A stretch of 63,923 nt of DNA, filler included, from an uncultured bacterium (lineage in GTDB: Bacteria > Hinthialibacterota > Hinthialibacteria > Hinthialibacterales > Hinthialibacteraceae), in the NCBI GenBank assembly GCA_964449065.1. It is 3 parts of 3 records of this genome, joined end to end, with 100 filler letters (N's around TTAATTAATTAA, not from the genome) between each part and the next. Parts side by side here need not be neighbours in the genome. Positions count along the whole stretch, not along the records: positions 50,873 to 63,923 come from CAYVAZ010000135.1; 2 more parts are not named here. One strand, given 5' to 3'. Position numbers and translations under genes: made by a program. The notes beneath the pieces were generated by a model, which was given only the letters and a program-made list of their open reading frames with translations, had not been told where the DNA came from and searched no databases. Below are positions 57,862 through 63,923 of this stretch, piece by piece (position 1 is the first letter of the stretch; each line of letters starts with the position of its first letter).

Positions 57862-59718
57862 TTACTGTTGCGATTGAGAAGAGCGGATGCGCAAAATCTT
57901 TCCCGGCAAAATTTCTTGCAGGCGCTGAAAGTTTTCGTTTTGTTCCAACCGCTCCATCATTTCGCCGCGGGACGGTTGGTCTTGGTCGGAGATATCTTCC
58001 TCCTCTTCTTCAACCACTTGTGAGGAAGATTGAATTTCGTATTTAACCGTTAACTGCTTCCCGGTTTTTTGAAAAATTTTTTCTTCCAACTGCTTTTTGT
58101 TGGCCGATTTTTCCAGTTGGTTCAAATGCATCTTGTCCGGCGGGGATACGCTAATCTTCACAGTATTTCCGTTCCCCCCCTGGATCGAAGAGTCTTCCAA
58201 ACTATGGGCAAAGAAGGGATTGGTTTCTTCAATTTCTTGTAAGATTGCTTCCCACAATGGAGGCGTAAGGGCGGACTCTAAGAGTCCGGCATCGATGTTT
58301 CGTACCGTTTTCTTCTCATTTTGTCCGTGATCCGAACCCCGTTCCGGCGGCGGCTCCGGCAATGGCGGTTCGTCTTTTTGAATGGGAGCGGCAGTTTGCC
58401 GGTCATCTTTGGGTTTAGCGGCCGCATCATTGGTAAACGTGCGGACCGGTTTCGTTTCCGCTGTTACGGGTTTGCTGGTTGTTTGAATTTTGGCTTCAGG
58501 GGCTGTTTTTTTTTGCGGTATTTCTTTTTGCGGTATGTCTACTGGCGGTGATTCGATATTTCCGGATGAAGCCAATTGATTCAGCAGGTCTTTGATGTTG
58601 GATGCTTGAGCCGCTTTTGCGGCTTTGATGGCGGCTACCTCAACGATCATGCGGGCTTCCGGCGAAAAGTACATGCGCCGTTCGGCTTCCCAGAGTTGAT
58701 CGGAAATGTAGAGGATTTGCTCAATCGTGGTATGTTCGGCGGTGCTCATCATTTCGGTGTAATAATCTTCCGGTAAGTCAACCAAATCTTTTTGGTTGGG
58801 CGAAATTTTGATGACCATCAGATTGCGCAGATAGTGCTGGCATTCCTTCAAGAACCATTTGATTTCGCGGCCCCGGTTGGTGATGTCTTCAATCACTTGC
58901 AGGATGATATCGAGTTCCTGCCGGATAATCGCGCCGATGAACCTCTGCATGCGGTCAAATTCAACCACACCCAGCATTTCTTCAACCAAAGCGAGGTTCA
59001 GTTTGCCGGAACAAAACGCGATTAATTGATCCATCGATACCAGCGCGTCCCGCATTCCCCCATCCGAACCTTGAGCAATGAGATAGAGGATGCGGTCAAA
59101 CTCGCTTTGATCTTCCAACGCAAAGCCCGGTTCGCTCTTCAATACATGTTTCAGTTGGTCAACAATCACTCCAACCGGAATACGGCGGAACTGAAACAAT
59201 TGGCATCGGGATTTAATGGTCGGCATGATTTTTTGCAATTCGGTGGTGGCAAAGATAAATTTCACATGCGAGGGTGGCTCTTCCAAGGTTTTCAGTAACG
59301 CGTTGTTGGCATGATTGGAGAGCATGTGACACTCATCGATGATGTAAATCTTGTTTTGCCCCAGCGAAGGCAAAAACTGCGTCGTTTCGCGCAGGGCTTC
59401 GGCTTCTTCCACCTGCCGGTTGGATGCCGCGTCAATTTCCAAAACATCCGGGTGATTGCCTTTTTTCACGGAAATACAATTTTCGCATTCGTTGCAGGGT
59501 TCGGCATCGCGCAGGCTGGTGCAGTTCAGTGCCTTAGCGAGTATCCGGGCGGTGGTTGTCTTTCCGGTACCGCGCGGTCCCGCAAAAATGTAGGCATTGG
59601 CGATTTGCTCTTTTTGGATGCTGTGCTTAAGCGTACGGGTAACATGCTCTTGCGCCAGAACATCGGCAAACAAAGAGGGGCGGTATTTTAACGCGGAAAT
59701 CCGGTATGCTTCACTCAT
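57862..59718 (-). CDS. dnaX: DNA polymerase III subunit gamma/tau
   Basis: KYRP, GPRGTGKTT, PCNECENC, EIDAASN, IIDECHML, NALLKTLEEPP, SRCQ, GGMRDA. Confidence 0.97.
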   Translation of the reverse strand: MSEAYRISALKYRPSLFADVLAQEHVTRTLKHSIQKEQIANAYIFAGPRGTGKTTTARILAKALNCTSLRDAEPCNECENCISVKKGNHPDVLEIDAASNRQVEEAEALRETTQFLPSLGQNKIYIIDECHMLSNHANNALLKTLEEPPSHVKFIFATTELQKIMPTIKSRCQLFQFRRIPVGVIVDQLKHVLKSEPGFALEDQSEFDRILYLIAQGSDGGMRDALVSMDQLIAFCSGKLNLALVEEMLGVVEFDRMQRFIGAIIRQELDIILQVIEDITNRGREIKWFLKECQHYLRNLMVIKISPNQKDLVDLPEDYYTEMMSTAEHTTIEQILYISDQLWEAERRMYFSPEARMIVEVAAIKAAKAAQASNIKDLLNQLASSGNIESPPVDIPQKEIPQKKTAPEAKIQTTSKPVTAETKPVRTFTNDAAAKPKDDRQTAAPIQKDEPPLPEPPPERGSDHGQNEKKTVRNIDAGLLESALTPPLWEAILQEIEETNPFFAHSLEDSSIQGGNGNTVKISVSPPDKMHLNQLEKSANKKQLEEKIFQKTGKQLTVKYEIQSSSQVVEEEEEDISDQDQPSRGEMMERLEQNENFQRLQEILPGKILRIRSSQSQQ

Positions 59719-59900
59719 AATAAACAATCGTATCCTGTCGGGAAAGAAATGCGAACCTTCATCATAACGAACGAACGGTAAATTCGGAATGCGGAGCGAG
59801 GATAGAATCTTCACTTATCCCAAACATCCCCATCATTCCACTTCCGTTTTTGTCAATCCTGCAAAATAATGGCATCCAATCTCGAATCGAATCAAGAGAC

Positions 59901-61388
59901 ATGCGGAACAATTCATTAAAAACATACATCATAAAGCCTATATTATTCGCCATGCTGGGCATACTCTTTTGGCAATTGCGGTCTTGGAACCTGGATATCG
60001 GGGACGGCCTGTTTTGCTGCAAGCAAACCATTGGCGATCAGATATTTCAGATCACCCTGTCCCGGTCATTTTTATCGTATTTGCTTTACAGAATGATGTT
60101 TTTTTCACTCCATCCTATACTCGATTGGTGGGTGGAAGACATTATCGCGATTTCATCCTGCCTTGCGGGGTTGGTTTATTTTTGGGCGCTCAACCGCTTG
60201 AGCGAGGAAAGCGCCCATAACACGTTTGAACGTTGGATGATCCTGCTGTTCCCATCCACCACGCTCATTTTCCAAATTTTCTGCGGCCATATCGAATTTT
60301 ACCCATGGACGAACGCGCTATTGATGGTATGCGTCTATTTTTCTTGGAAATGTATTCATCAAAACCAATCCCCTCTCTATGCCAGCATCGCAATGGCCTT
60401 AGCGGGAGGATTCCATTCCAGCGGGGTGTTTTATTATCCCGCGCTGTTGTTGTTGCCTTGGCTGCAACAGCATTTGAATGGTCGGCTTCGGCTTTACAAA
60501 CAAGATGGAATGAAAATGGGGGTTTTCTTTTTTTTGTTTATTATTACGGCCATGCTGCACCGGGTGCCGTGGTTATATCTATTGGTTTTGGTTCTTGCCA
60601 TTCCGGCCTTCTTTGCCTTGGTGAAACATGATGTCCGCAAAACGCTTACTCCGTGGATGGCGGTTTATTTGCCTTGGTTTATGTTATTCACCGTGCGGGC
60701 TTCGCTCAACCTGCGCGCGGAACCATTGATCGAGCATTTGCCCCCATTTATGGAGCCGTATGATCATGGCGCTTATTTATACATGGCAATCTCATGGGAA
60801 CATTTGTATGACAAAACCATGTTCCACCTTTGGCTGGCTCCGTTTGCCTTGGTTACCATCATTTCGTTTTGTATCGGGAAGTGGAAGCAAGTCATACAAG
60901 ACCGCTGGCTATTGTTTTTGGGACATTTCTGTGTGTGGACAATGGTTTGGACCATCTTGTTTTATCCGCAGCTGCGCACGCGGGATTGGGATTTGTTCGC
61001 GACCATGTCGATCCCACTCAATTTGATGGCGCTTTACTTGACCCTTCAATTTATATCCGTATCATGGCAAAAAATAATAGTGCCACTGGCCATTTTGATT
61101 CAACTTGCTATTTCACTGCCGATTATAATAGAAAATTCTAAAATTTTAGAAAACCGGGGATACGCCACCGTCCGCTTTTATTCGGAACCGGTATCTGCGG
61201 ACGTGTATCTACACAGCTTAAAGTTAGGCAGCACTCCTTTAGAACAAAAAAACATCCGCACCGGTACCGTGGATGTTCGAATGGTTCCGCATGAAAGAAA
61301 CTATTTATCTTGGTCAGAGGAAGTGGAATTAATTCCGGGAGACACATACGTGTTTGAGGAGACCTTCCAAGATAGAGAACTTAAATAG
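59901..61388 (+). CDS. Polytopic membrane protein (GT-C-like) with C-terminal PEGA-like domain
   Basis: Many TM segments, FCGHIEFY, RDWDLFA; C-terminal SEPVSADVYL...LGSTPL. Confidence 0.6.
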   Translation: MRNNSLKTYIIKPILFAMLGILFWQLRSWNLDIGDGLFCCKQTIGDQIFQITLSRSFLSYLLYRMMFFSLHPILDWWVEDIIAISSCLAGLVYFWALNRLSEESAHNTFERWMILLFPSTTLIFQIFCGHIEFYPWTNALLMVCVYFSWKCIHQNQSPLYASIAMALAGGFHSSGVFYYPALLLLPWLQQHLNGRLRLYKQDGMKMGVFFFLFIITAMLHRVPWLYLLVLVLAIPAFFALVKHDVRKTLTPWMAVYLPWFMLFTVRASLNLRAEPLIEHLPPFMEPYDHGAYLYMAISWEHLYDKTMFHLWLAPFALVTIISFCIGKWKQVIQDRWLLFLGHFCVWTMVWTILFYPQLRTRDWDLFATMSIPLNLMALYLTLQFISVSWQKIIVPLAILIQLAISLPIIIENSKILENRGYATVRFYSEPVSADVYLHSLKLGSTPLEQKNIRTGTVDVRMVPHERNYLSWSEEVELIPGDTYVFEETFQDRELK

Positions 61389-61487
61389 CATAACAATTTT
61401 ACCGAAACCTAATATTTTCTTTATCCAATTACAATATAGACTTGTTAACTTGCATGTTTGTAATGAACAAAATGAAGAGAGGTTACT

Positions 61488-62039
61488 ATGAAATCAGGAT
61501 TTACTTTGATTGAATTGCTTATCGTTGTCGCTATTATCGGTATATTGGCAGCCATCGCGGTACCGAACTTTTTAAACGCGCAAATGAAAGCGAAAATTGC
61601 ACGGGTAGAATCGGAACAACGTTCAACAGCGACTGCGTTAGAACAATACCGCTTGGATTGGAACACCTATGTTGAAGACCATGATTTTCCATCCTCAGCC
61701 GGCCAAAAAGGGTTGTTTCGGTTAACAACTCCGATTGCCTATATGTCTCAACTTCCGGTTGAACCGTTCGTATCAAAAATTAAAAAGGATTTTTCGGAAG
61801 GGAATCCTAACTATGAATTCGGTTCCGGAAAAGTCGGTGGTTGCGCCCCGTTTCCTTCCAATGCATACATTATCATTTCGCCCGGACCGGATTTGGATGA
61901 AGAAGTCAGCGGAAACGATTGTTTTCCCAACGGCGTATTTATCCGCCAGTATGATATCAGCAACGGTTTAAACAGCGACGGCGATATTGTCCGTATGGGC
62001 GGGGAATTCAACGGCGGTCAAATTACATTTGTTTTTTAA
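61488..62039 (+). CDS. Prepilin-type N-terminal cleavage/methylation domain protein
   Basis: GFTLIELL..., LTTPIAY, SPGPD, YDISNGLNSDGD. Confidence 0.9.
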   Translation: MKSGFTLIELLIVVAIIGILAAIAVPNFLNAQMKAKIARVESEQRSTATALEQYRLDWNTYVEDHDFPSSAGQKGLFRLTTPIAYMSQLPVEPFVSKIKKDFSEGNPNYEFGSGKVGGCAPFPSNAYIIISPGPDLDEEVSGNDCFPNGVFIRQYDISNGLNSDGDIVRMGGEFNGGQITFVF

Positions 62040-62048
62040 GGAGTATAC

Positions 62049-62609
62049 ATGAATAATAAAGCCTTTACCTTAATAGAACTTCTAATCGTTGTGGCCATTA
62101 TCGGCATATTGGCAGCCATTGCTGTTCCCAATTTTTTGAACGCGCAAACCAAAGCGAAGATCGCGCGGGTTGAGTCGGATCAAAAATCCATGGCCACCGC
62201 CTTGGAGATGTACTTTTTGGATAACAATACGTATGTTGAAGATCATGATTTTCCGTCCGACCCCAGCCAAAAAGGGTTGTTTCATTTAACTTCGCCCATT
62301 GCGTATATGTCCGCCCTTCCATTAGACCCTTTTCCCTCCGCGGCGAGAAAAAACTCCGAAGGGAACCCGCATTATGAATTCGGGTCCGGAAACTATAATG
62401 GCAATAATATAAAAAACAGAAACGTCTATATAAACATTTCGCAGGGGCCGAACCTGGCCGAAGAGGTCAGCGGCAACAACTGCTTTCTTTGCGGCAATCA
62501 AAACGCCTTTGTGCGCACATTTCACATCTCAAACGGATTAAACAGCGCGGGCGATATCATTCGCTACGGCGGGGCGTTTGATGAAAACCGTATCATCGAG
62601 GTATTTTAG
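62049..62609 (+). CDS. Prepilin-type protein, tandem paralogue
   Basis: AFTLIELL..., shares YVEDHDFP, QKGLF and EGNPxYEFGSG with the upstream gene. Confidence 0.9.
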   Translation: MNNKAFTLIELLIVVAIIGILAAIAVPNFLNAQTKAKIARVESDQKSMATALEMYFLDNNTYVEDHDFPSDPSQKGLFHLTSPIAYMSALPLDPFPSAARKNSEGNPHYEFGSGNYNGNNIKNRNVYINISQGPNLAEEVSGNNCFLCGNQNAFVRTFHISNGLNSAGDIIRYGGAFDENRIIEVF

Positions 62610-62631
62610 TTTCCGCGTTCAACCTATCCCT

Positions 62632-62670
62632 CAAACGGGACAGCAAGAAATACTGTCCCGTTTGCTTTTT
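62632..62670 (+). terminator. Intrinsic terminator
   Basis: CAAACGGGACAG / CTGTCCCGTTTG stem followed by a T-run. Confidence 0.8.
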
Positions 62671-62864
62671 GAACAAACTGTTGAAATTGAACTTCGTACA
62701 ACATGATTGGTTTTTAAATCATTCGACTTCCTAAATTCTTTAACCCTTGTATTATTCAGTGGTTACAAAATTTAAAATTTGCTGTTTCCTAAATTTTGTC
62801 ATGCGTTAAGACGGTATAAATATTGCTTCACGCAATAAAAAACCATATTTCGAAGGAGTCTGTT

Positions 62865-63632
62865 ATGAAAAGTCGTATTTTGTTGGTTTGCTTTATTTGT
62901 TTGTCTTTGGTATGCACGAGTTCCAGTTATGCTCAGGAAGCGGAGCCGGTCGTGAATGCCGACAGCCCATCGGGCGCGGCGGGGGATTTATCAATCCAAT
63001 TCAAGGGCACATCTTCGGTAGGGGCCACGGATTCAGATGGTGTTCTGAATATCATTGAAGGTCCGATCACCATGGAGACCTGGATGAAGATGGATGGTTT
63101 TGCCGATTTTTGGACCGGATTGGGATCCTGGGGATTCTCATACAAAATGGGAATGGATCCGAATGCGGAATTCATTTTCACGTTCTTCGGTGTTGTAGAC
63201 ATCTTCAGTGGATTCAGTTTCCAACCGTGGATTGGCGATGGACAATGGCACCACGTTGCAGCCGTTTGGGAACCGGGTGTTGGTGTTACGTTTTTTGCCG
63301 ACGGAGCGGAAGTGGGTTTTGCGGAAGAAACCGGAGCGCCTCGTGAAGGGGACGCGGATTTGAACCTCACAGTCGGCGGCGAAAATAACGGCGCGGTTCC
63401 CTTTATCGGATCGATGGACCGGTTTCGCATTCATAACGCTATTTTTGCTTTAGAAGACTTAGATAGCGTTGCGGATGGACCAAAAGATCCGCTAGAAAAC
63501 ACCATCGTACATTATGGATTCGATGAAACCGAACCGCCATTCGAAAGTCTGGGCAGCGCCGCATTGCCGCTCGAATTTCAAAATGAAGTAGTGGTAGAAT
63601 CCTCCGCTGAAGGCTGGGAACTCTATCAGTAA
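62865..63632 (+). CDS. Secreted LamG/ConA-like domain protein
   Basis: Signal peptide (SYA-QE), ITMETW, DGQWHHVAAVW, FIGSMDRFRI. Confidence 0.82.
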   Translation: MKSRILLVCFICLSLVCTSSSYAQEAEPVVNADSPSGAAGDLSIQFKGTSSVGATDSDGVLNIIEGPITMETWMKMDGFADFWTGLGSWGFSYKMGMDPNAEFIFTFFGVVDIFSGFSFQPWIGDGQWHHVAAVWEPGVGVTFFADGAEVGFAEETGAPREGDADLNLTVGGENNGAVPFIGSMDRFRIHNAIFALEDLDSVADGPKDPLENTIVHYGFDETEPPFESLGSAALPLEFQNEVVVESSAEGWELYQ

Positions 63633-63657
63633 CTCACAACTTTATATTCCTTTCAAC

Positions 63658-63691
63658 AAGGCAGCCGGTGTCTACTTTCCGGCTGCCTTTT
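63658..63691 (+). terminator. Intrinsic terminator
   Basis: AAGGCAGCCGG / CCGGCTGCCTT stem followed by T. Confidence 0.75.
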
Positions 63692-63923
63692 GGTTTTTCT
63701 GCCCGTTCCGCAATGCTTTCGTCTGCCCTTTGAATCGCATAAATGGCATTGGCGGTGTAGTTCATGCAATCAATAAAAGAAATCATGCTGTTATTTTCAT
63801 GGCCAAACGCCAAGATTTTTTATCGAAGGTACTCAGTGAGATTGGGTAATAACAAAACGCTGGTTTCATTATTTACTGATGTTACGCAATCCATGATTGA
63901 CGATTGCTTGAAAAATGGTTTTT

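Noticed and set aside
61488..62609. Pilin antigenic-variation silent cassettes
   Set aside because: All paralogues are full length with their own starts and are diverged at synonymous sites.

Overview
Draft-assembly window with two 100-N scaffold gaps carrying TTAATTAATTAA linkers. It comes from a diderm bacterium rich in pilin-like paralogues, PQQ-like propellers and a DUF1501 remnant. The gene content suggests a PVC-like or candidate-phylum organism, possibly Hinthialibacterota/OLB16-like (inference only). The first ~7 kb is an accessory island. Five same-orientation copies of a ~185-200-bp structured repeat (two shortened) separate self-contained modules: Fic TA, a Fur/Zur-boxed flavoprotein plus Acr3-like pump, BrnTA and PIN/HicB-like TA. 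At three junctions the repeat abuts truncated gene fragments. At 10.9-25.2 kb is a hybrid RND/ABC cluster that includes an RND permease fused to an ABC ATPase and an ABC permease fused to an apparently inactive M1-peptidase domain. Housekeeping genes are typA, ispF, two nth paralogues, yjbQ, pta, hflX (partial), the 5' tip of valS, rpsU and dnaX (with an A9 slippage site). Other features: a 2228-aa tandem GT-C/DUF2298/NHL protein, a sigma28-promoter-driven 11-mer helical-repeat protein, a candidate ~185-nt ncRNA, four pilin-like genes, several MITE/REP families and pseudogene relics. No rRNA, tRNA or CRISPR array was seen. All family calls are from motif recognition by eye, not database searches.
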